DNA of 64,000 nucleotides, taken from assembly GCA_003820375.1 (NCBI GenBank), contig RPQH01000006.1, positions 8,861 to 72,860 of the forward strand, in the 5' to 3' direction. The notes below the pieces were generated by a model that worked only from the letters and a program-made list of their open reading frames with translations, was not told the origin of the DNA and ran no database searches. The DNA is from Ignavibacteriota bacterium. Its GTDB lineage: Bacteria; Bacteroidota; Ignavibacteria; Tepidaquicellales; OLB5. Of this stretch, positions 28,373 through 36,896 are shown one piece after another (the stretch's first letter is position 1; each line of letters opens with the position of its first letter). The position numbers and the translations under genes are program-made.

Positions 28373-29665
28373 TTGTCTAAAGAAGTAGAAAAAGAAAAGA
28401 GCATGGTTCTCCAGAAGGAGATGGTTGCCCGTTTGTTTGATGAACTCAGCGCTGCAAATGAAACAGGCAAAAAAGTTGTCTATACATTTGTTCCCGGTAA
28501 TCTATCAGAGCTGATACTTGCATTCGATATGCTTCCCGTATACCCGGAAATAAATGCTTTGCAGTCCGGAATGAGGAAGCTTTCGGGAAACTATATCCGT
28601 GAGGCTGAAAAGTTCGGGCATTCGGAAGATGTTTGTACATATGTGAAATGTGATATAGGTATGATGCTGAGCGGAAATATCGGACCTACAGGAAAAAAAC
28701 TGCCTGACCCGGACCTTTTACTCCTTAGTTATACAGGGTGCTTTACTTTTATGAAATGGTTTGAGAACCTTGAAAAGCTTTATCCCGGTGTTCCTATTGC
28801 AATGCTTCATACTCCTTACCAGGAGAGCGGAAAAATAACACCTGATATGACTGAATATATGGTAAAGCAGATTAAAGAAGAAGTGATTCCAAAAATGGAA
28901 TTGGTATCAGGCAAAAAGCTGGATGAAGAAAAGTTAAATGCAATTATTCAGAACTCAATTGAAATTGAAGACCTTATAGTGAAGATTTTTGATACTACGA
29001 AAAATGTCCCGTCTCCAATTGATGCATATTTCGCAGGTGTGTATTACATAGGACCAATCAATATCGGGTTCAGAGGGACTAAAGACGCAGTTGATTATTA
29101 CACAGAGCTTTTAAAAGAAATTGAATACAGAGTAGAAAACAAGCTTGGTCCTGTAACCCCGGAAGGAGTAATGGAAGAAAGATTCCGGCTTGTAGTTGAA
29201 GGACCTCCTAACTGGACAAACTTCAGGGAGTTCTGGAAGTTATTTTATGACCATGGTGCTGTAGTTGTTGCCTCTACTTACACTAAAGTAGGCGGTATGC
29301 ATGACCTGGGATTCAGGCATGATGTTAAGCGTCCGTTTGAAAGCTTAGCTGAATATTGTATGAATTGTTATACTAATTTAAATCTTACACAAAGGATTAG
29401 CCTGCTGTCTAAATATATAAAAGATTACAATGCTGACGGGCTTCTTGTTAACTCAATAAAAAGCTGTAATTCATTTTCTGCAGGTCAGCTTATAATGATG
29501 AGAAAAATAGAGGAAGACCTTGAAACCCCCGTAGGCTTTATAGAATCCGACCTGGTTGACCCGAGATATTTTTCTTTCTCGAATATCAAAAACAGGCTTG
29601 ATTCTTTTTTCCAGATGCTTGACCAGCGAAGAGTTATTTTAAAAGATAAAACAGCAGTGATATGA
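28373..29665 (+). CDS. bcrB: benzoyl-CoA reductase subunit B (beta)
   Basis: 430 aa with a TTG start (an alternative ATG lies 10 codons in). Same dehydratase/BCR catalytic-subunit family ('VVYTFVPGNLSELILAFDMLPVYPE', 'LLVNSIKSCNSFSAGQ'). Overlaps the next gene by 4 nt. Confidence 0.75.
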   Translation: MSKEVEKEKSMVLQKEMVARLFDELSAANETGKKVVYTFVPGNLSELILAFDMLPVYPEINALQSGMRKLSGNYIREAEKFGHSEDVCTYVKCDIGMMLSGNIGPTGKKLPDPDLLLLSYTGCFTFMKWFENLEKLYPGVPIAMLHTPYQESGKITPDMTEYMVKQIKEEVIPKMELVSGKKLDEEKLNAIIQNSIEIEDLIVKIFDTTKNVPSPIDAYFAGVYYIGPINIGFRGTKDAVDYYTELLKEIEYRVENKLGPVTPEGVMEERFRLVVEGPPNWTNFREFWKLFYDHGAVVVASTYTKVGGMHDLGFRHDVKRPFESLAEYCMNCYTNLNLTQRISLLSKYIKDYNADGLLVNSIKSCNSFSAGQLIMMRKIEEDLETPVGFIESDLVDPRYFSFSNIKNRLDSFFQMLDQRRVILKDKTAVI

Positions 29666-31047
29666 ATAAATATTATTTAGGCGTTGACCTTGGCTCAACA
29701 ACATCCAAAGCAGTTATCATTAACGATAGAGATGAGATAATTGGCAGGGGGATAACAAATACCCGCGCAAACTACAGGGTAGCTGTTGATATCGCACGGC
29801 TGGAGTCTATATACAATGCAAGATTTTTTTTAATAAAAAAACTTCTTAATGAAGAAATAAAGATAAATCCGATTTATCAAAGATATCTTGATGATATTGA
29901 AAAAGCTTTCCAGTACCTGCAGTTTAAAAAAAGATTAAGCAGCTTATTAAGCCAGTTAAAACTTACAGTTGAGTCACGTTTTTCTGATTTTATCAGGGAT
30001 AAAATATATACAAACATAGAAAATATAATAGAGAAGATTGACACTTTAATAAAAGATGAATATTTGAGCGGTAATTTGGGTTCAAAGAACCAATTTTTCA
30101 GAGATATTGTAAATGAAAAATATCACGATGAAGTTACAGCACTGGATATAGATATGTTTGAACCGTTAATGCTTGCTTTTGATAAAAGCATTACGCCGGT
30201 AGAAAATGAAATGGTTGAATTTGATTTCAGGGAGCTTGTTTACGATGCTATGAGCATTCTCGAAGATAAATATAACGGTCTGGCAAACAGAACCTATAAT
30301 GATGTAAGTGTTCATTTTGATGCTGAGCTTAATCTATTGAAGGGCAGCTACGGCAAAATAACAGATACATTCAAGGAGCATCTTGACAGAGTTGCCGGGC
30401 AGGATTTTCACATTTCGAATATGGTTGGCACAGGTTACGGCAGGGCACTGCTACCATTCCCGGAAGAGTGCATTAAATCAGAGATTCTTTGCCATGCATT
30501 CGGAGCACATGCAATATTTCCCGGAACAAGAACCGTACTCGATATCGGCGGGCAGGATACTAAAGCAATTCAGGTTGATTCGCACGGACTGGTAACAAGC
30601 TTTTATATGAATGACAGGTGTGCTGCAGGTTGCGGAAGATACCTCGGTTATATAGCCGATGAATTAAATATTTCACTTAATGAATTAGGCTCAACAGCTC
30701 TTAGCGCAACTAAAGAAACTAATATCTGTTCAACCTGCACTGTATTTGCCGGTGCAGAGCTGAGAGAACAATTAAATGTAGGCGAAAAGCGTGAGGATAT
30801 TCTTGCCGGACTTCATAAGGCAATTGTAATGCGTGCAATGTCATTAATAGCCCGTTCCGGCGGTGTCAGAAATGAATTTACTTTCACAGGCGGTGTTGCA
30901 AGAAATAAAGCTGTTTTAAAATATGTTACCGAGCTTGTTAAAAAAAATTACGGGGATGATTTGAAGATCAACATACATACAGACTCTATTTTTATGGGTG
31001 CATTAGGCGGTGCAATGTTTGCAAGAAGAAATGTTAACATAAATTAA
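29662..31047 (+). CDS. bcrA: benzoyl-CoA reductase subunit A (alpha, ATP-binding, long form)
   Basis: 461 aa. BcrAD_BadFG ATPase motifs 'LGVDLGSTTSKAV', 'DIGGQDTKAI', 'MNDRCAAGCGRYL' and 'CSTCTVFAGAE', with a roughly 190-aa insertion after the first phosphate loop, as in BcrA/BadF. Confidence 0.85.
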   Translation: MNKYYLGVDLGSTTSKAVIINDRDEIIGRGITNTRANYRVAVDIARLESIYNARFFLIKKLLNEEIKINPIYQRYLDDIEKAFQYLQFKKRLSSLLSQLKLTVESRFSDFIRDKIYTNIENIIEKIDTLIKDEYLSGNLGSKNQFFRDIVNEKYHDEVTALDIDMFEPLMLAFDKSITPVENEMVEFDFRELVYDAMSILEDKYNGLANRTYNDVSVHFDAELNLLKGSYGKITDTFKEHLDRVAGQDFHISNMVGTGYGRALLPFPEECIKSEILCHAFGAHAIFPGTRTVLDIGGQDTKAIQVDSHGLVTSFYMNDRCAAGCGRYLGYIADELNISLNELGSTALSATKETNICSTCTVFAGAELREQLNVGEKREDILAGLHKAIVMRAMSLIARSGGVRNEFTFTGGVARNKAVLKYVTELVKKNYGDDLKINIHTDSIFMGALGGAMFARRNVNIN

Positions 31048-31107
31048 ATTTTCATTTGTTAAACATAGCTGTACAATAAAGATTGTATAAGCAATAAATA
31101 AACAAAT

Positions 31108-31953
31108 ATGTCAAACGAAATAATTACACTTGGTATAGATGTAGGCGGAAGCTACATAAAAGCTGCCTTGATGCATTATTCAAATAACTGCACCATAATT
31201 GATAAAAAGTGTGAGAAGGTCAGGAAAAGAAATCCTTCTGTATTATCCGAAGAAATTATAGAATACCTGTTGGAAAAAAATAATCTTAAACACACAGATA
31301 TAGCATATTCTGCATCAACAGGCGAAGGCGAAATGGTAACACGGAAGACCGGGCATTTCTACAGCATGACTACACATGCCAAAGGCGGGCAGTTCTTTTT
31401 TCCCGAAGCAAGAACTGTTGTTGATATGGGTGCTCTTTATGTCAGGGCGATAAAAATAAATCATGAGGGTAAAGTACTGGATTATAAAATGACCGGACAG
31501 TGTGCTTCAGGTTCAGGGCAGTTTATTGAGAATATTTCAAGGTATCTCGGCCTGGCTATAGAAGAAGTCGGCAGTATTTCACTGCAGTCTCAAAACCCGG
31601 AAACTCCTTCCGGTATTTGTGCAGTACTGGCTGAAACCGATGTAATTAATATGGTATCAAGAGGAATTTCTACTCAAAACATAATCAAAGGGATACATTT
31701 ATCCATAGCAAACAGAGTCATACGTTTGCTGTCATCATTAAAAGCTGAATCCCCGATATTTTTAACCGGCGGAATGGCTATGAATACCGGTATGGTACAG
31801 GCTATTAATGAATTGAAAACCGAAAGCAAATACAAATGGGATATTACTACTAATGATGATGCAATTTATGCAGGAGCATACGGCGCTGCTTTGTGGAGCG
31901 GATTCAGGTTTTTTAAATTGAAAGAAAAGAAAAGCATTATATATGCTGCTTAA
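31108..31953 (+). CDS. bcrD: benzoyl-CoA reductase subunit D (delta, ATP-binding, short form)
   Basis: 281 aa. 'LGIDVGGSYIKAA', 'MTGQCASGSGQFIE' and 'SGICAVLAETDVIN'. The size matches BcrD/BadG. Confidence 0.85.
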   Translation: MSNEIITLGIDVGGSYIKAALMHYSNNCTIIDKKCEKVRKRNPSVLSEEIIEYLLEKNNLKHTDIAYSASTGEGEMVTRKTGHFYSMTTHAKGGQFFFPEARTVVDMGALYVRAIKINHEGKVLDYKMTGQCASGSGQFIENISRYLGLAIEEVGSISLQSQNPETPSGICAVLAETDVINMVSRGISTQNIIKGIHLSIANRVIRLLSSLKAESPIFLTGGMAMNTGMVQAINELKTESKYKWDITTNDDAIYAGAYGAALWSGFRFFKLKEKKSIIYAA

Positions 31954-32026
31954 TTCTAAATAAAAATCTCGAATTGTTGTGAAAATATTTCTATAATATT
32001 TATTACACAAATTAAAATTTATCAGC

Positions 32027-33751
32027 ATGCAAGTCATTGAATCGGGAAAAAAATTAGGAGCTTTAATTCCTAATATTGCTACAATGCTAAGCAATAACCA
32101 AAAAAAATATTCCAGCAGAATAATTTATCAGGAAAGAATAAATAACAGTTATGCTGGTATTACATGGAATGAGTTTTTAAGCAAGATAGAAAATATTGCA
32201 TTCAACCTGAAAAATTTTGATTTTCAAGCAGGCGATAAGGTTATGGTATTTTCAAAGAACCGGCTTGAAATGCTTCTGCTCGAGCTTGCGGTGATGTCTT
32301 CAGGCGGTATATCCGTTCCAATTTTTTTCAATTATAATGAGGGTACTGTTGAATCGTTAATAAACCATTCGGATGCTAAGTTTATTGCCGTTGGTGACAA
32401 GTCGCAGCTAGACAGGGTAAATCCTTCTTTAAAGTTAAAAAGGATTTTTTCATTTGATGAAATTACTGATAATAATTATAATAACCTTACCTGGTTTTCA
32501 GAATTGCTTAAGGATAAAAACGGAAACAGCTCATTCCTGAATTTTGATTCTCAGCCCGATGATATATGCCTTAATATGTACACTTCAGGAACAATGGGCA
32601 GGCAAAAATGTGTCCAGTTAACTCATAAAAATATTTTATCTCAGCAGGCGGCTTTAAAATTAATATGGAATGTCGATGAAAACGACAGGTTCTTAAGTTA
32701 CTTACGCTGGCATCACAGCTTTGGCGGGATATTCGAAAAATTTACTGCTTTATATAATGGCGCTGCAATTTCTCTTGAATCAAGCAATGGCTTGAATCCG
32801 GATACTATATTAGAAAACTGGAAGCTGGTAAAGCCGACAATTTTCTTCAGTGTTCCGATGATATACCACTCACTTATCGATATGACATTAAGGGATAAAG
32901 AGATAGAAAAATGTTTCTTCCATGAAGAACTGAAATTTGTTTTTACAGCAGCAGCTCCGCTTCCGCATCATATATCGGATGAATTTGAAAAACGGAAAAT
33001 AAATGTGCTTGAAGGGTGGGGACTAACCGAAACTTCACCATGCTGTACAGTAACAGATCCGGAATTAAAACGGGAACCGGGCGTAATAGGTTTTCCTATA
33101 CCCGGTGTAAAGATAAGGTTAGCTGATGATAATGAAATGCAGGTTAGCGGTCCCAATATTATGGTCGGTTATTATAAGAATGATGAGGAAAATGAAAAAA
33201 GCTTTACTGAAGACGGATGGTTCTGTACGGGTGATATCGGAGAGCTCACCGATAAAGGATTTAAGCTTATTACACGAAAAGACAGGATATTTAAATTATC
33301 CAATGCAGAGAAAATTATTCCTACAGAACTGGAAAACATAATAACCAATAAGTGTCATTATATATCATATGCATTGGTTGAAGGGAACGGGAGAAATTAT
33401 CCTGTTGCATTGCTGTTTCCTGATAAAATGCTGCTGGAAGAATCTAAAAACGGACATCATATCGATATTCATGATTGTAACTGTCCAAAAGACCTTTGCG
33501 AACTGTCAGATTGCTTAAAAGGATGCCTTATAAATATTAACAACGGCTTAAAGCAAAAATATACTGTAATAAAAGCTGCTATGATTATAGATGATGCATT
33601 GAAGGTTGATAATGGTACACTTACCCCATCACTTAAGCTTGCTCCAAATAATGTTAAAGGTATTTATAAAGCTCATTTGGAAAAACTATATGGTTCAATT
33701 GAACCCGTTAAAGAACAAACCTATATAATTTATTTAAATGGAAAGCAATAA
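32027..33751 (+). CDS. AMP-forming acyl-CoA ligase (FadD/long-chain-type rather than canonical benzoate-CoA ligase type)
   Basis: 574 aa. 'YTSGTMGRQKCV' (AMP-binding box), 'GWGLTETS' and 'TGDIGELTDKGFKLITRKDRIFKLSNAEKIIP'. Confidence 0.85.
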   Translation: MQVIESGKKLGALIPNIATMLSNNQKKYSSRIIYQERINNSYAGITWNEFLSKIENIAFNLKNFDFQAGDKVMVFSKNRLEMLLLELAVMSSGGISVPIFFNYNEGTVESLINHSDAKFIAVGDKSQLDRVNPSLKLKRIFSFDEITDNNYNNLTWFSELLKDKNGNSSFLNFDSQPDDICLNMYTSGTMGRQKCVQLTHKNILSQQAALKLIWNVDENDRFLSYLRWHHSFGGIFEKFTALYNGAAISLESSNGLNPDTILENWKLVKPTIFFSVPMIYHSLIDMTLRDKEIEKCFFHEELKFVFTAAAPLPHHISDEFEKRKINVLEGWGLTETSPCCTVTDPELKREPGVIGFPIPGVKIRLADDNEMQVSGPNIMVGYYKNDEENEKSFTEDGWFCTGDIGELTDKGFKLITRKDRIFKLSNAEKIIPTELENIITNKCHYISYALVEGNGRNYPVALLFPDKMLLEESKNGHHIDIHDCNCPKDLCELSDCLKGCLININNGLKQKYTVIKAAMIIDDALKVDNGTLTPSLKLAPNNVKGIYKAHLEKLYGSIEPVKEQTYIIYLNGKQ

Positions 33752-33771
33752 TTCGTTTTAATTAAAATAAT

Positions 33772-34989
33772 ATGATTGAAATAAAATCGACCGGCTTATT
33801 AAAAGAAGTAATGAAGAACTATTTCACCGGTATTGGGACCGGTGGAAGAAAAGTTGCGTGGTGTACAAGTGTTGGACCGGCAGAACTTCTCCGGTCGTTT
33901 GGATTTGATGTATATTTTCCGGAGAACCATGGTGCTTTGCTTGGTGCATCAAGAATAGCAGATATATATATCCCCAATGCACAGAAAAACGGTTACTCAA
34001 ACCAGATTTGTTCATACACAACCAGTGATATAGGTGCTTTCCTTTGCAATGAAACTCCGTTGAAAAAGCATTACGGCTTAGATTCTATACCAAAACCCGA
34101 TTTAATAGTTTACTGTACAAATCAATGCAGAGAAGTTGAAGACTGGTTTACTTTTTATGCTGATAATTTTAAATGCCCTGTTGTTGGAATTAATCCTCCA
34201 AGATACTTAGATGAGGTAAGAATTGAAGAGGTTGAAGTTGTCATAAGCCAGTTTAAAAAGCTTATTACTGTTTGTGAATCAGTCACCGGTATAAAGTTTG
34301 ATTTGGATAAATTCAAAAATGTATTAAAATTAAGTAAGGAAGCCACCTTATTATGGCAGGATGTATTAAAGACTTCAACTTCTATCCCTGCACCATTTAA
34401 CTTTTTTGACGGCACAATCCATATGGGTCCAATTGTAGTTATGAGAGGAACACAGGAAGCAAAGGATTATTACAATGTTTTATTAAGCGAGCTGCAGCAG
34501 TTTGTTGAGCAAGGCAAGGGATTTTTGAAAGAGGAAAACTGCAGGCTTTTCTGGGATGGAATGCCCATATGGGGCAAGATAAGAGTATTATCCGATTTGT
34601 TCTCGCAAAGCAACGCAGTGGTTGTTGCTTCAACATATTGCAATAGCTGGATATTTGATGATTTTGATGAAGAAAATCCGCTTGAATCTTCTGCTTTAGC
34701 ATATATTAAAATTTTTATAAACAGAAGTGAAAAAGCAAAAATTGAGTTTTTTAAAAAATGGTTCGAGGAGTACAAAATAGATGGTATTATTTATCATGAT
34801 TCCAAAACCTGTTTTAACAACTCAAACTCCAGGTTTGGATTGCCTCTGCGGTTAAAAAAAATTACTCAAATTCCTTACCTTGTTGTGGAAGGTGACCTGA
34901 ACGACCTGAGATTCTTTTCTGAAGGACAAACAATAAACAAGATAGAAACTTTCGTTGAGCAAATAGAAAACCAGAAAATTTATAAATGA
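33772..34989 (+). CDS. single 2-hydroxyacyl-CoA dehydratase / BCR catalytic-subunit-family protein (HgdA/B-like)
   Basis: 405 aa. 'KVAWCTSVGPAELLRSFGFDVYFPENH', 'ICSYTTSD' and 'IIYHDSKTCFNNS' are family-typical Cys-containing blocks. No partner subunit gene lies adjacent. Confidence 0.7.
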   Translation: MIEIKSTGLLKEVMKNYFTGIGTGGRKVAWCTSVGPAELLRSFGFDVYFPENHGALLGASRIADIYIPNAQKNGYSNQICSYTTSDIGAFLCNETPLKKHYGLDSIPKPDLIVYCTNQCREVEDWFTFYADNFKCPVVGINPPRYLDEVRIEEVEVVISQFKKLITVCESVTGIKFDLDKFKNVLKLSKEATLLWQDVLKTSTSIPAPFNFFDGTIHMGPIVVMRGTQEAKDYYNVLLSELQQFVEQGKGFLKEENCRLFWDGMPIWGKIRVLSDLFSQSNAVVVASTYCNSWIFDDFDEENPLESSALAYIKIFINRSEKAKIEFFKKWFEEYKIDGIIYHDSKTCFNNSNSRFGLPLRLKKITQIPYLVVEGDLNDLRFFSEGQTINKIETFVEQIENQKIYK

Positions 34990-35027
34990 GGTTTGCCTGC
35001 AATCAGGGCAATTAGAATATAACAGCT

Positions 35028-36896
35028 ATGGAAAACGAAATAAACAAAAACGGCACTCCTCTTCCAAAAATTGGAATTATCGGCCTGGGTCCCGTAGGTA
35101 TGATTCTGGCTGTTCATTTAAAGGAAGCCGGATGCGACCTTGCTATTTGTGATAATGATAAGATAAAAATTAATTTAATAAGAAAAGAAGGAATCCGCTT
35201 AGAAGAGAGTATTAATAAGCACTGTTTCTTTGATAAGGTTTATACAAGCATTCAGGAACTTAAAGACTTTATGCCCGATATTTTAGTTTTTTCTTTAAAG
35301 ACCCACCAGATGTCGGCTGTTCTTTCTGAAGCAGCTAAATTAAAACATGATAACCTCTGTGTAGTAAGTGCACAGAACGGTATTGATTCCGAGAAAATGC
35401 TGTCACGTGTTTTTGGAGAATCAAGAACACTCAGGTTTGTAGTAAATTATGCAGGTAATTTAAATGCACCGAATATAGTAAAAGTAACGTTTTTCATCCC
35501 GCCTAATTACATAGCTTCAATGGATGACAGTCACGCTAATGAAGCAAAATATATAGCCGGGCAGTTAAACAGTATTAACCTGACAACAGAAGCTGTTAAT
35601 TCATATGATATTTTAAAAAGAATATGGGAGAAGACCATCTTAAATTCTGCACTCAGTGCAATCTGTGGTATCGGGAAGTTAACAATGAAAGAAGCAATGG
35701 ATATCCCCGATACGGAAGAGATTGTTGAAATGCTCATCCAGGAAGCTGTCGAAGTTGCTGAAGCTGAAAAAATTAAGTTTGAAGATGATTTTATAAGAAA
35801 ATGCATGCGATACCTTAGAAGAGGCGGCAATCACTTCCCCTCGCTTGCAGTTGACCTGATAAATAATAAAGAAACGGAAATAGATTATTTTAATGGTGCG
35901 ATAGTTGAATACGGCAGAAAACACTATATCAGAACATCATTGAACCTGGCATTTACCAATATGGTAAAAGCAATGACGCACAAAAATATTATTTCACAGT
36001 TCTCGGGAACAGGTTTAAATCCGCCCGAAAAGAAATCAAAGCATCACCAGATACATTTGCATCACGATAGAAAAGCTGCTCCAATTAAGGGCGAAAATCA
36101 TTTCCTTGGAATTGACCTCGGCTCAGCCTATATCAAATTTACTGTGATCGATTCCAATGATGAAATTGTTTTTAATTCAACGCTTAAAACTTTAAACAGG
36201 GATAAAATAGCCTTAAGGCATGTTCTGGAAGCAATCCGTTCTGAATACCCGGTCAGTTATACATGTTCCACAGGGTACGGAAGAAAGCATTTTCATGATT
36301 CTGAAGTAATCAAAACTGAGATAAACTGCGCAGCAGCAGCAGTTTCTTATTACTATCCGGGACCGAAAAATATTATCGATATTGGCGGTGAAGACATAAA
36401 GATAATCAGGTGTGATGATTTTAATAATGTAGAGAATTTTTATCTGAATGATAAATGTGCGGCAGGCACAGGCTCTTTTATTTCCGAGATTGCCGAACGT
36501 GCAGATATTAAAGTATCGGAGATGAGTGACCTGGCTTCTAAATCAACATTTGCAAAAGAGCTTAACAGTTTTTGTACAGTGTTTGCTAAAACTGAAATCA
36601 TGAGCTGGTTATTCGATGGAATATCGGTTGGTGATATTTCAAAAGGGATATATATATCACTGGCAAATAAGGTATCCCGCCTCAGGGTTGATACAAATGT
36701 TCCATCCTATATGATAGGAGGGGTTATTGAATTCCACCCTTATCTTAAAACACTGTTAGAAGAAAAATTCTTATCCGAGGTAAGTATTCTTGAAAAGCCC
36801 CAGCACGTAGTATCGTTTGGTGCTGCCTTAATCGCAAAGCAATCTTATTTAAAACAACTTCAAAAAGAAGAACTGATAAAAAGCAAATTAATATGA
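35028..36896 (+). CDS. fusion protein: N-terminal ketopantoate-reductase (PanE/ApbA)-family NAD(P)H oxidoreductase + C-terminal HgdC-type [4Fe-4S] activator ATPase
   Basis: 622 aa. N-terminal part: 'KIGIIGLGPVGMILA' Rossmann, 'WEKTILNSA' and 'PSLAVDLINNKETEIDYFNGAIVEYG' (ApbA_C-like). C-terminal part from about residue 357: 'LGIDLGSAYIKF', 'DIGGEDIKII', 'LNDKCAAGTGSF' and 'NSFCTVFAKTEI'. Confidence 0.8.
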   Translation: MENEINKNGTPLPKIGIIGLGPVGMILAVHLKEAGCDLAICDNDKIKINLIRKEGIRLEESINKHCFFDKVYTSIQELKDFMPDILVFSLKTHQMSAVLSEAAKLKHDNLCVVSAQNGIDSEKMLSRVFGESRTLRFVVNYAGNLNAPNIVKVTFFIPPNYIASMDDSHANEAKYIAGQLNSINLTTEAVNSYDILKRIWEKTILNSALSAICGIGKLTMKEAMDIPDTEEIVEMLIQEAVEVAEAEKIKFEDDFIRKCMRYLRRGGNHFPSLAVDLINNKETEIDYFNGAIVEYGRKHYIRTSLNLAFTNMVKAMTHKNIISQFSGTGLNPPEKKSKHHQIHLHHDRKAAPIKGENHFLGIDLGSAYIKFTVIDSNDEIVFNSTLKTLNRDKIALRHVLEAIRSEYPVSYTCSTGYGRKHFHDSEVIKTEINCAAAAVSYYYPGPKNIIDIGGEDIKIIRCDDFNNVENFYLNDKCAAGTGSFISEIAERADIKVSEMSDLASKSTFAKELNSFCTVFAKTEIMSWLFDGISVGDISKGIYISLANKVSRLRVDTNVPSYMIGGVIEFHPYLKTLLEEKFLSEVSILEKPQHVVSFGAALIAKQSYLKQLQKEELIKSKLI

